From positions 1-33,749 of IMG/VR virus record IMGVR_UViG_3300032324_000506: a DNA stretch of 33,749 nucleotides; one strand, 5' to 3'. A program made the translations under genes and the position numbers. The stretch's first letter is position 1. Each line of letters starts with the position of its first letter. The DNA is from a virus. Taxonomy: Duplodnaviria > Caudoviricetes. The notes under the pieces were generated by a model. That model was not told the DNA's origin. It saw only the letters and a list, made by a program, of their open reading frames with translations, and did no database searches. Shown in pieces: positions 25,406-32,402 of the stretch.

Positions 25406-25683
25406 AGCACCGCCTTCGGCAGTGGCCCCGCCAGTTTGTATTGGTACTTGCTGGCATCGTATTCCAGCGGATAACCAAAGAAATCACGCAGCAGATCGAT
25501 GTCCCGCTGGATGGTCTTGTAGCTACATTCGAGCTTAACGCCCAACTTGGCACAGCTAGGCAGTGTCAGATCTCGGCGCAGCATTCCAGCGATCACGCCC
25601 AGGCGGCGAAACGTCGGCCGTGTATCGCCAAGGCCCGCAGCGCGATTGCGTTTAGACGCAAACGTAGCGGCTTTCGTACTCAC
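25402..25683 (-). CDS. stand-alone winged-HTH protein resembling the N-terminal domain of WYL regulators
   Basis: PSCAKLGVKLECSYKTIQRDIDLLRDFFGYPLEYDASKYQYKL. Confidence 0.75.
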   Translation of the reverse strand: MSTKAATFASKRNRAAGLGDTRPTFRRLGVIAGMLRRDLTLPSCAKLGVKLECSYKTIQRDIDLLRDFFGYPLEYDASKYQYKLAGPLPKAVL

Positions 25684-26096
25684 TTCACAACCTCCACCAT
25701 TGCCACCTTTGGCAACCGCATCGCGTTGAACTGCTTTTCGCTCGCAGCAAACACGTCCACAACAGGCAACTTTCCGCCGCTCGCCTTCTTGCTCTTAACT
25801 GCCGTGCCAGTATCCACGGCCACCCACTCCCGCTTTCCGCCCATCACGCGGATCTTGCTCCAAAGCGGAATGATGTCTGGATCGACGGCACAGTGACGCC
25901 CAGCACGCAAGCGTGTTCCAGTGCTGGATTGATAGCGGCTGCTCCACTCGTCCTCTCCGGGCCAGTAGCCAGTGATGCGAACCTTCATTTTTTTAACGTC
26001 GATCTTTTTGGCAGTTGGGCGCAAATCGATAAGAGCGTTACTTAGTTTAGTCGTTGTAAAGCCAAACAGGGCGAGGATTGATAGCAGTGTCCTCAT
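25680..26096 (-). CDS. 3D-domain (MltA-like) cell-wall protein with N-terminal hydrophobic signal
   Basis: ITGY, CAVDPDIIPLWSKI, AVDTGTAVK, VVDVF: the three conserved Asp. Confidence 0.8.
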   Translation of the reverse strand: MRTLLSILALFGFTTTKLSNALIDLRPTAKKIDVKKMKVRITGYWPGEDEWSSRYQSSTGTRLRAGRHCAVDPDIIPLWSKIRVMGGKREWVAVDTGTAVKSKKASGGKLPVVDVFAASEKQFNAMRLPKVAMVEVVK

Positions 26097-26245
26097 AGCC
26101 CTGGCCTCATCCGCTCGATCAAATCGTTCTCGCGTCCTTCAGCGGCCGCCAGAGCAGCCTTTGCTTCCGCCAGCTCACGAGCCAACGAGCGCACGCGGTT
26201 CAGCAACTGCTCCTGGGTGGATTGTTCGGGTAATACTTCAATCAC
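26093..26245 (-). CDS. hypothetical 50-aa coiled-coil protein
   Basis: MIEVLPEQSTQEQLLNRVRSLARELAEAKAALAAAEGRENDLIERMRPGL*; GAGGTG SD; fills the gap. Confidence 0.65.
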   Translation of the reverse strand: MIEVLPEQSTQEQLLNRVRSLARELAEAKAALAAAEGRENDLIERMRPGL

Positions 26246-27023
26246 AGCGCACCTCACGCGGGTCGTACTTCTTCAGCCAGCGCCACACTTTGCAGATGGA
26301 TGTGAACGCCTCGAACGCCTGGGCAACTTGCTCGGCGGTGTAGCGAATGTCCTGCAACTGGCCGGTGACTGGATCGATCAGAATGTTTCGGCAAGCCATT
26401 CCATCGTCGGTAAATGCGTATGCGTAGGCACTGAGCTGAAGCAGATCAGTTTCATAGCCCGATGCTTTTGAGACGCCTTTTGCATCCTTCTTAAATTTGC
26501 GTGTCTTAAAATCCACCACCTCAATCACGCCGTGGATGTCGGCAATTAGATCTACTCGGCCTGCATACCCTTCGGCCTCATTCACTAGCACAGACTCACT
26601 GGCGTGAACTTTAGTCACACAGCAGTCACGCCATTCCTTCAAACCCGCATAGTGCTCCTCGTAGCCTTTGACCAGTTCACCCGGCTCTTGCTGATTAATT
26701 ATCATTTCAGCCAGGGAATGAATGTGAGTCCCTCGGGCAGCAGCGGCCTCCACTTCCTTTCTGCTGTCCAATACCACCCGCTTGGCAAAATCGGCCAACG
26801 ATTCACCATCGTTGCGCGGGAGCGAAAGAGCCGCAGCGATCGCTTGCTCCTCCTTCCAATTCATCAGCCCCTGCTTGCTGGGGCCAGCCGCCCCGAGGAT
26901 GGTGGTCACGGACGGATACGCCCCCACCTTCCGGGCAGATCGCAGATCACCGTGGCACGATTCACCCGACGCCAGGTAATAGTGCGACGACTCCGTCTTT
27001 GCCGTGGCAATAAGCGCAGCCAT
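26238..27023 (-). CDS. PD-(D/E)XK exonuclease (RecB/Cas4-like phage nuclease)
   Basis: YPSVTTIL, RGTHIH, E, YAGRVDLI, VVDFKT, QLSAYA. Confidence 0.88.
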   Translation of the reverse strand: MAALIATAKTESSHYYLASGESCHGDLRSARKVGAYPSVTTILGAAGPSKQGLMNWKEEQAIAAALSLPRNDGESLADFAKRVVLDSRKEVEAAAARGTHIHSLAEMIINQQEPGELVKGYEEHYAGLKEWRDCCVTKVHASESVLVNEAEGYAGRVDLIADIHGVIEVVDFKTRKFKKDAKGVSKASGYETDLLQLSAYAYAFTDDGMACRNILIDPVTGQLQDIRYTAEQVAQAFEAFTSICKVWRWLKKYDPREVRCD

Positions 27024-27118
27024 TACTGCCAGTCCTTAATCAGTCGCATAGTCATAAGGGCCAGCACGACTGCGGTGGTTGGGAATACGATTTGAACTAT
27101 CAAAGTTAGGATTTCCAT
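27023..27118 (-). CDS. 31-aa membrane peptide
   Basis: MEILTLIVQIVFPTTAVVLALMTMRLIKDWQ*; TAATG overlap with the nuclease gene. Confidence 0.55.
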   Translation of the reverse strand: MEILTLIVQIVFPTTAVVLALMTMRLIKDWQ

Positions 27119-27132
27119 TTTGGTATTCTTTC

Positions 27133-27163
27133 TGGCCAAGGCGGGATAGAACCACCCTGGCCA
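27133..27163 (-). other. 12-bp RNA hairpin after the SSB gene, no U-tract
   Basis: TGGCCAGGGTGG-TTCTATC-CCGCCTTGGCCA with two G-U pairs that form only on the minus-strand RNA. Confidence 0.5.
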
Positions 27164-27168
27164 AGTGC

Positions 27169-27651
27169 TCAGAACGGCACGGGAGTCCCGTCGGCATCTA
27201 ACTCGACGACGGCTGGTTTCGGTGCGCCAGGACGATTGCATTTCCTGACGAAGTCCTTATCGACTTTGATTTTGTTCGCTCCGGCAGGCAGTACCGCCTG
27301 CACGTTTGCGTATGTAGAGCCATCACGCTCCGCATGTGTCACAAGGATCTGGCACGGCTTACCGATTAAGGTTTCCAGATCCAGATTCTGCGGCGGCGCC
27401 TTTTTGGCATAGGATTTCAGATCTTTAAACAGAGCTGCTTTCTCATGCAGGCTCAGTCCGTAACGCCGGCCGATGGTGAACGGCCGCCCGTCCTCCATCT
27501 TCTCAGCGATCTGCCAGACCAACCTAATCTGGTGCTTTTTCCCATACTGCGTTTCCACCACGCCAAGATCCTCAACGTCGCAGAATACTGCGTCGTGATT
27601 CCCTTCCGGGGCTGGCGTATATGTGCCCCCTCTTGATGCTACTATTGGCAT
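27169..27651 (-). CDS. single-stranded DNA-binding protein (phage OB-fold type)
   Basis: PAPEG.H.A...DVEDLG, IRLVWQI, LIGKPCQILVTH...TYANV, acidic C-terminal DADGTPVPF; next to the exonuclease. Confidence 0.7.
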   Translation of the reverse strand: MPIVASRGGTYTPAPEGNHDAVFCDVEDLGVVETQYGKKHQIRLVWQIAEKMEDGRPFTIGRRYGLSLHEKAALFKDLKSYAKKAPPQNLDLETLIGKPCQILVTHAERDGSTYANVQAVLPAGANKIKVDKDFVRKCNRPGAPKPAVVELDADGTPVPF

Positions 27652-27704
27652 ATTAGGATTTCCTTTCTTGGTTTCTTTGTTTTTGTTTCTTGGATTTGCA
27701 ACGA

Positions 27705-27920
27705 CTACTCATCGTCACAAAAATCGTTATTCCGGTGCGGTTGATTAAGATCTTGAAATTCACGGTCAGCCAAGTGCCAGGCGATCTCATGCTTGCGAGC
27801 CAAGTCTTTGGCTTGTACTAGGTCGCCGCGATTGATTGCCTTCACAACTCGCTCGGCTGAGTTACGGCAGGCCATCACTTCGATGTTTTCGATTAGCCGG
27901 AATTTCGTTAGGTCGGTCAT
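27705..27920 (-). CDS. hypothetical protein
   Basis: 71-aa ORF in the packed early cluster. Confidence 0.65.
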   Translation of the reverse strand: MTDLTKFRLIENIEVMACRNSAERVVKAINRGDLVQAKDLARKHEIAWHLADREFQDLNQPHRNNDFCDDE

Positions 27921-27922
27921 AA

Positions 27923-28045
27923 TCAGCCCCGGCGGTTGTTGCCGTAGTAATCCGCGAAACGCTGATTCTCATATTCAGAGTCAGCCCTCTCCCGCTCATA
28001 GACGTCGTATTCGTAGTCCGGCTTGTCGTTGGTTGGTTCGCTCAT
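27923..28045 (-). CDS. hypothetical 40-aa acidic Tyr-rich protein
   Basis: MSEPTNDKPDYEYDVYERERADSEYENQRFADYYGNNRRG*; AAGGAG SD, ATGA overlap. Confidence 0.65.
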   Translation of the reverse strand: MSEPTNDKPDYEYDVYERERADSEYENQRFADYYGNNRRG

Positions 28046-28377
28046 TTTGTTTTCTCCTTCATCGAAAGGCGGAATGATTTTGCGGTCATCGCCACTGCTT
28101 CAGCCGTCAGGCACTTGGTTGTAAAACGCCAGATGCGCCAGCCCAGGTCGGCTGCTGCCCGGTACTTCTCGCAATCTTTGACCATCCCCATCCCTCGCCC
28201 GTGACGGCCGCCAAACGGCAGGAATGCCCCGCCGTCCAGCTCGATCGCGCAGCGGGCGGATTTGCAAGCGAAGTCAAAACGCCATTTGCGGGTCGGGTGG
28301 AACGTGTGCTCGGCCACCAGCTCCGGGCCGCCGGCCACCGTCCAAAGCACTACGAATTTTTTTGCCAATGCGCTCAC
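28042..28377 (-). CDS. Vsr/DUF559-like endonuclease
   Basis: EHTFHPTRKWRFDFA, AIELDGG, GRH.RG.G...DCEKY, LGWRIWRFT. Confidence 0.85.
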   Translation of the reverse strand: MSALAKKFVVLWTVAGGPELVAEHTFHPTRKWRFDFACKSARCAIELDGGAFLPFGGRHGRGMGMVKDCEKYRAAADLGWRIWRFTTKCLTAEAVAMTAKSFRLSMKEKTK

Positions 28378-28637
28378 GATTGCGCCCTCTTAAGCAGGCT
28401 TGCGACCACCTCTTGAATGCCGTCTAGGTCATTACGCAGCTTGCGGTACTTGGTTTGTAAATCGATCAGAGCAGTTGTCTGGGATAGCTGTGCCGACCCG
28501 TAGGATTGCGAGACGGAGATCGGTAGAATGCCCTCCGCCTCAAGATCGCGTACAGTAGCCGCAGACGAATTAGACGTCTCGGCCACGCCGCCTTGGCTTT
28601 CAGGTGCGGGGCCACCGTTGTCCTTGGCGTAAATCAT
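28374..28637 (-). CDS. hypothetical protein
   Basis: 87 aa, overlapping start/stop at both ends, C-terminal coiled coil. Confidence 0.6.
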   Translation of the reverse strand: MIYAKDNGGPAPESQGGVAETSNSSAATVRDLEAEGILPISVSQSYGSAQLSQTTALIDLQTKYRKLRNDLDGIQEVVASLLKRAQS

Positions 28638-28963
28638 TGGGAATGCTTCCTTTTTTCGGGCGGCTCACATCTAACCCAAAAAAGTCCAAGCAATTTTGTA
28701 ACTTTATTTCTTTTCCAACTCTCCGAATGAGTCATGAGAGAAAACTTGTGTATTTTTCTATTTAAATCAGTTAACGCATAATAATTTTCGGGTCTAAATT
28801 GCTCTTTAATTTTCCCTAAAAGCCTATTTCTTTTCTTATCTTGTTCTCGAAACGGCCGCATTGTGCTTGGGTGGCCAAATCTATGGAAATCAAGGCGTGC
28901 CTTTATGGCACTAAAAACCCTTTGACGATCTGATCCCATGGAGCACTGGACTTGCCCTTTCAT
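28634..28963 (-). CDS. hypothetical basic protein, AT-rich (109 aa)
   Basis: Start reassigned to ATG 28963 (TAATG overlap, AAGGAG upstream). Confidence 0.55.
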   Translation of the reverse strand: MKGQVQCSMGSDRQRVFSAIKARLDFHRFGHPSTMRPFREQDKKRNRLLGKIKEQFRPENYYALTDLNRKIHKFSLMTHSESWKRNKVTKLLGLFWVRCEPPEKRKHSQ

Positions 28964-29115
28964 TACATCAACTCCTTGCGGATAAAATCTACAACCCAAA
29001 AAAAGATCACCGCGCCAATGGTCAGGCCGGTAATTCCGCAACCGATCGCCAGTAGCCAGCCAAGGATTAAGGCCGACACCTGGGCAAGATCCCGCATGAC
29101 TTCCCAAGAGATCAT
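28963..29115 (-). CDS. 50-aa membrane protein
   Basis: MISWEVMRDLAQVSALILGWLLAIGCGITGLTIGAVIFFWVVDFIRKELM*; ATGA overlap. Confidence 0.6.
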   Translation of the reverse strand: MISWEVMRDLAQVSALILGWLLAIGCGITGLTIGAVIFFWVVDFIRKELM

Positions 29116-29330
29116 TTGCTGGCCTCGTGCTGGGCGTGCCACATACGGCACACCGCGGGGTTAGGGTGATAAACGAACGCTTCGGGCGTTAAATCGTATC
29201 CGCCCCGCGAATTTAAATTTAGTTGTTGGTAGTGAGCCTTTTTAGGATCAGTTAATGGGTTGACGACTTGATCTAGAATCACCCCGTTTCCGCTCTGAGA
29301 AAAGTCTATTATCGGAACTGCTGGCTTCAT
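29112..29330 (-). CDS. hypothetical protein, first gene of the presumed early cluster
   Basis: ATG 29330 follows an AT-rich intergenic stretch. Confidence 0.55.
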   Translation of the reverse strand: MKPAVPIIDFSQSGNGVILDQVVNPLTDPKKAHYQQLNLNSRGGYDLTPEAFVYHPNPAVCRMWHAQHEASK

Positions 29331-29445
29331 CTTGTGTGATTTATTATCGAAAAGAAAATAACCCTGCAAGCGTTTTCTGCATCCGATTGTGAAATTTATT
29401 TGCGATGGCGCAAAAGCCTTCCCTGCACGTCCAGTCGCAAGGATG

Positions 29446-29745
29446 CTAGGATTTGGGCGATTTGCCTAAAATAAGGCGGTAGTGCGGCACTTTCCTGCAG
29501 TGGCCTAGAAACTTTTTTCCCCTTGCATCAACGTGAGGCAATCGGATCACATAACTTTTTCTTTCGGCTCTGCCGTCTTTAACCAAATGAGCTAAAAGTT
29601 TATTGGCATAATTTGCCGACTTTCCCCAAAGCTCGGCGATCTGCTTTTTAGTTAGCCAGCCCGGTGGCACTACCTCTTGCCGATACCCAGCGACGTACTC
29701 CGTAAGAACGCTTGCCCAATCCGACTTTACACTGGGTATCGCCAT
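29446..29745 (-). CDS. small basic HTH-like protein
   Basis: WLTKKQIAELWGKSANYANKLLAHLV; start reassigned to ATG 29745. Confidence 0.6.
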   Translation of the reverse strand: MAIPSVKSDWASVLTEYVAGYRQEVVPPGWLTKKQIAELWGKSANYANKLLAHLVKDGRAERKSYVIRLPHVDARGKKFLGHCRKVPHYRLILGKSPKS

Positions 29746-30470
29746 ACGCCTCCTATGGGTGAAAGCACGTTCACCGTGCATCCCTGCCCGCCTTCTACGT
29801 ACTCGCCCCAGGCTACTCCGTGCTGCCACCTGGTAACGGATCGCTGGCGCCGGGCGTAGTGCATGCTTGGAATATCGGCTAGGCAACCGATCGACCAGCC
29901 CACGGGTGCGCCGATGCTGCGGCCTGCAATCCTATCTACCCGGTGCAAATGGCCCATGACGACAGGCTTTCTGACCATCTCTACGTGGTCGCGCACGGCT
30001 GATTCTGAAAACATAAACCCGTGGCCGAATGCCGTTCCGCCCAGATCACGCCAGCCTTTCTCAATATCATAAGGGACATACTGAGCCTTTAGATCCTTGC
30101 ACATATTATATATCTCAGACTTCGCAGACGTGCAGCAATGAGCCACAATCGCGCTAGGCGAGTATTGTAGGGCGGTTAGTCGGTGCTCATGGTTTCCCTC
30201 GAAGATGTAGCGTGGCGCCAGTTCTCGAACGAAATTAAGGCCAGCGTCGAAGTCCTCACGGATTGATGCGGTGCGTTCGGGCGAATCTGGATCTTTTCTC
30301 GCGCTACCCATCAGACCGGACAGATCGACAAAATCGCCAAGGTGGAGGGTGGTATCTGGTTGCCATCTGCGCTTCATTTCCAGCGTAGCCTTACAGGCCG
30401 CCGCGTTCGCCAGGTGTCCGTGGCTACAGCTAACGGCCAGCCACCGTTTCCACTTGCGGATTACTTTCAT
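29727..30470 (-). CDS. calcineurin-like metallophosphoesterase
   Basis: SCSHG, LGDFVD, GNHE, HG and GHLH motifs. Confidence 0.85.
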   Translation of the reverse strand: MKVIRKWKRWLAVSCSHGHLANAAACKATLEMKRRWQPDTTLHLGDFVDLSGLMGSARKDPDSPERTASIREDFDAGLNFVRELAPRYIFEGNHEHRLTALQYSPSAIVAHCCTSAKSEIYNMCKDLKAQYVPYDIEKGWRDLGGTAFGHGFMFSESAVRDHVEMVRKPVVMGHLHRVDRIAGRSIGAPVGWSIGCLADIPSMHYARRQRSVTRWQHGVAWGEYVEGGQGCTVNVLSPIGGVWRYPV

Positions 30471-30793
30471 TTCTTATCAGCCGCTGACGGGAATCCTTCC
30501 AACACAGCCAGAATCTGACGGCAACTTTCCCGCGATTGAGCTGCCACCACGCTTTCGTCGCTTGCCCCGATTAGCGCGATCTCGGCTATGACGGAAAGTT
30601 GCATTTTTAGGGTGTGTACATACGTGCAAAGATCCAGAACCTCCATCCAGGCATCCTTCCACACAGGTCTACGCCAAAGCGCTCCACCGTGCTCCTCTTG
30701 CCCTTTGCGATACTTAGCGTCTATATCCTTGCTCAAATCACGTATAATGCCCGCCAGGTGCTTCTCGTGTTCGGGCGTCATCGTGAACTCCAC
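30467..30793 (-). CDS. hypothetical protein, possibly MazG-like all-alpha nucleotide pyrophosphatase
   Basis: KY..G..EHG...W..DAW.EVLDLCTY acidic helix pattern. Confidence 0.45.
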   Translation of the reverse strand: MEFTMTPEHEKHLAGIIRDLSKDIDAKYRKGQEEHGGALWRRPVWKDAWMEVLDLCTYVHTLKMQLSVIAEIALIGASDESVVAAQSRESCRQILAVLEGFPSAADKK

Positions 30794-31299
30794 GGGCGGC
30801 TATTGACGAAGCTTTTTGCCTTTGTCTTTTTGGGGATGTCCTTGACCATTACTTGTTCCACGGAGTTGCGTGGAATGTCACGCCAGCTTTTGTAGTCACT
30901 GCTTTGCAGGTGGCCTGTCTCCCAGCTAATGCCAGCCAAACGGAATGAAATTCCCACGTGCTCTCCTAGGCGGAAAGCGGTTTCGTTGTCCCAGTCTGCG
31001 ATCCACAGATCGGCGTTTTTGCCCGACTGCTTTAACGGCACCCAATCGAATGCCAGCCCGTAGTTGTGGTAGCTTTCCCCTGGCTTGGCCTTGGTCACGA
31101 TCTTACTGCCCCCGTCCATTCTACCTTTAGCATAAAGGGCGGCCTGCTCCTCCATAGTACGACGGCCGCAGTAGATCAGCGGCTCGATCCGGCTAGTGAC
31201 CATTTCGTTAACCCATCCCCTAACCTGCTTTTGAAAGCTGGCATCTAGGGTATCAATCGCCCGCAAGGTGCGGGAGCTTGCCTCACTGAGGCTGGTCAC
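30778..31299 (-). CDS. endolysin, M15 family L-Ala-D-Glu peptidase (CwlK/Ply500-like)
   Basis: RTMEEQAALYAKGR, VTKAKPGESYHNYGLAFD (SxHxxxxAxD), WETGHLQ. Confidence 0.92.
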   Translation of the reverse strand: MTSLSEASSRTLRAIDTLDASFQKQVRGWVNEMVTSRIEPLIYCGRRTMEEQAALYAKGRMDGGSKIVTKAKPGESYHNYGLAFDWVPLKQSGKNADLWIADWDNETAFRLGEHVGISFRLAGISWETGHLQSSDYKSWRDIPRNSVEQVMVKDIPKKTKAKSFVNSRPWSSR

Positions 31300-31547
31300 T
31301 GATTCCTCGCTCGCTCTCTTTCAGTTTCTGCCAGGCTATCAGATAGCGCTTTGAGCGATTTCGCAAACAGATCTCGGTAAGCCTGTGGACAGGGCTTGTT
31401 GGTTCGCTCGGCCTTGTCCCATTCGTATATAAAGTAGCTGATCGTGTCTGGGCTTGGCGGCGGGCCGTCCTGCGTTTGCGAGGTGGTCGCACAGGAGCAC
31501 AGCGCAAGGCTAAGAATCAGTAGGAGGGCGTTTCGTCCACCAGTCAT
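31296..31547 (-). CDS. outer-membrane lipoprotein, o-spanin (Rz1-like) candidate
   Basis: MTGGRNALLLILSLALCSC lipobox, Pro-rich linker, amphipathic helix; 5' end overlaps the i-spanin candidate. Confidence 0.65.
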   Translation of the reverse strand: MTGGRNALLLILSLALCSCATTSQTQDGPPPSPDTISYFIYEWDKAERTNKPCPQAYRDLFAKSLKALSDSLAETERERARNQ

Positions 31548-31680
31548 TGATGTCTCTTTGCCTATTGCGGCGTTCTTTTTCGATCGCCTCAAAGTTACGC
31601 TGAAGCGGCGTTTTGCGTTTTAAGAACCAGAGCACGATCCCGATTATCCCGCCCAGCGCCGTTAGTATGCCGGCGATCAT
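31510..31680 (-). CDS. i-spanin (Rz-like) candidate, 56 aa
   Basis: MIAGILTALGGIIGIVLWFLKRKTPLQRNFEAIEKERRNRQRDINDWWTKRPPTDS*: N-terminal TM helix plus charged helix. Confidence 0.6.
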   Translation of the reverse strand: MIAGILTALGGIIGIVLWFLKRKTPLQRNFEAIEKERRNRQRDINDWWTKRPPTDS

Positions 31681-31686
31681 TGACGA

Positions 31687-31851
31687 CTATTTTCGCGAGA
31701 AGCGTGAAATCACGTCCACCACGGCCTGCAATGCCTTCTCAGGCTGGTCGCCGGGGATAAGAGAGGCGACTGCGATGGCGGCGACAAGCACGGCCGACAA
31801 GGCGCCAAGATAAGACTGCCAGTTGGTTAGTATATTATTGATGATTTCCAT
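31687..31851 (-). CDS. holin-like membrane protein, 54 aa
   Basis: MEIINNILTNWQSYLGALSAVLVAAIAVASLIPGDQPEKALQAVVDVISRFSRK*. Confidence 0.6.
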   Translation of the reverse strand: MEIINNILTNWQSYLGALSAVLVAAIAVASLIPGDQPEKALQAVVDVISRFSRK

Positions 31852-31864
31852 GCCCTTAACGGGG

Positions 31865-31870
31865 TGTCAA
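31865..31870 (-). promoter_or_regulatory. TTGACA-N13-ATG element
   Basis: TTGACA CCCCGTTAAGGGC ATG(31851); its TGA is also the upstream stop. Confidence 0.5.
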
Positions 31871-32127
31871 AAGCTGAAACGACGTTTGATCAGCTCCCAA
31901 GCGGTGCTGACCACTGCCCCGGAGACTAACGCCACTAGCCAGAGTTTCGTTTTAATCGTGTGGGCCTCGCGTTCCATGTTGGTTAGGCGGCCGTGATACT
32001 CACCCAGGCTGGCCTGCGAGCGTTCAAGTAAATCTAAAATTACCGACTGGCGGGTCTCGATCCGGGCTATAGATTCCCTTACCAAAGAAAGACGTTCCGA
32101 AAGTTCAGCGACTTGGTCGGTACTCAT
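31867..32127 (-). CDS. coiled-coil plus C-terminal TM protein (XhlA-like holin/lysis accessory)
   Basis: IARIETRQ...RLTNMERE...KLWLVALVSGAVVSTAWELIKRR. Confidence 0.6.
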   Translation of the reverse strand: MSTDQVAELSERLSLVRESIARIETRQSVILDLLERSQASLGEYHGRLTNMEREAHTIKTKLWLVALVSGAVVSTAWELIKRRFSF

Positions 32128-32279
32128 AGGGTGGCGTTCTCAGCTCCATCCGCGATCCGCACCCACTCGTTTCCCTGGGCATCAGTCCACCGAACAATGA
32201 ATCCCTCTGCCTCTAAAAAGCGCAGGCTGGCAGTAAATTCACGCCAGCCGGGCGTGTTGCAATCGTCGGACGCAGTCAT
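32124..32279 (-). CDS. hypothetical 51-aa protein
   Basis: MTASDDCNTPGWREFTASLRFLEAEGFIVRWTDAQGNEWVRIADGAENATL*; abuts the upstream stop, ATGA overlap downstream. Confidence 0.6.
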   Translation of the reverse strand: MTASDDCNTPGWREFTASLRFLEAEGFIVRWTDAQGNEWVRIADGAENATL

Positions 32280-32402
32280 TCATTTCACCTGGCCTGCGTC
32301 GGCAGCAGCTCCCATTTCCCCGTAATCTGGGAGGGCGTTGTTCTCCGTGTGCTTCTTTGGCGAGCAAGAGCAGAGCAAGAGGGCGATAAAAAGCAGAGGC
32401 AT
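32280..32402 (-). CDS. 40-aa lipoprotein
   Basis: MPLLFIALLLCSCSPKKHTENNALPDYGEMGAAADAGQVK*; LCSC lipobox; TAATG overlap. Confidence 0.6.
   Translation of the reverse strand: MPLLFIALLLCSCSPKKHTENNALPDYGEMGAAADAGQVK

Noticed and set aside
24984-25553. 189-aa ORF as listed in the track
   Set aside because: Its 5' half overlaps the wHTH gene and a coupled 42-aa ORF; a GTGA-coupled start at 25280 fits better
695-26843. HIP1 octamer GCGATCGC (695, 20918, 23533, 26836) as a cyanobacterial host signal
   Set aside because: Only four copies noticed, explainable by generally frequent GATC; no cyanophage marker genes
26238-27023. Cas4 or CRISPR-associated locus
   Set aside because: No repeat-spacer array or other cas genes, and no four-Cys Fe-S pattern; an ordinary phage exonuclease beside an SSB
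1171-31870. TTGACA sites as ordinary sigma70 -35 boxes
   Set aside because: No -10 hexamer at 16-18 nt; that position falls on or after the start codon
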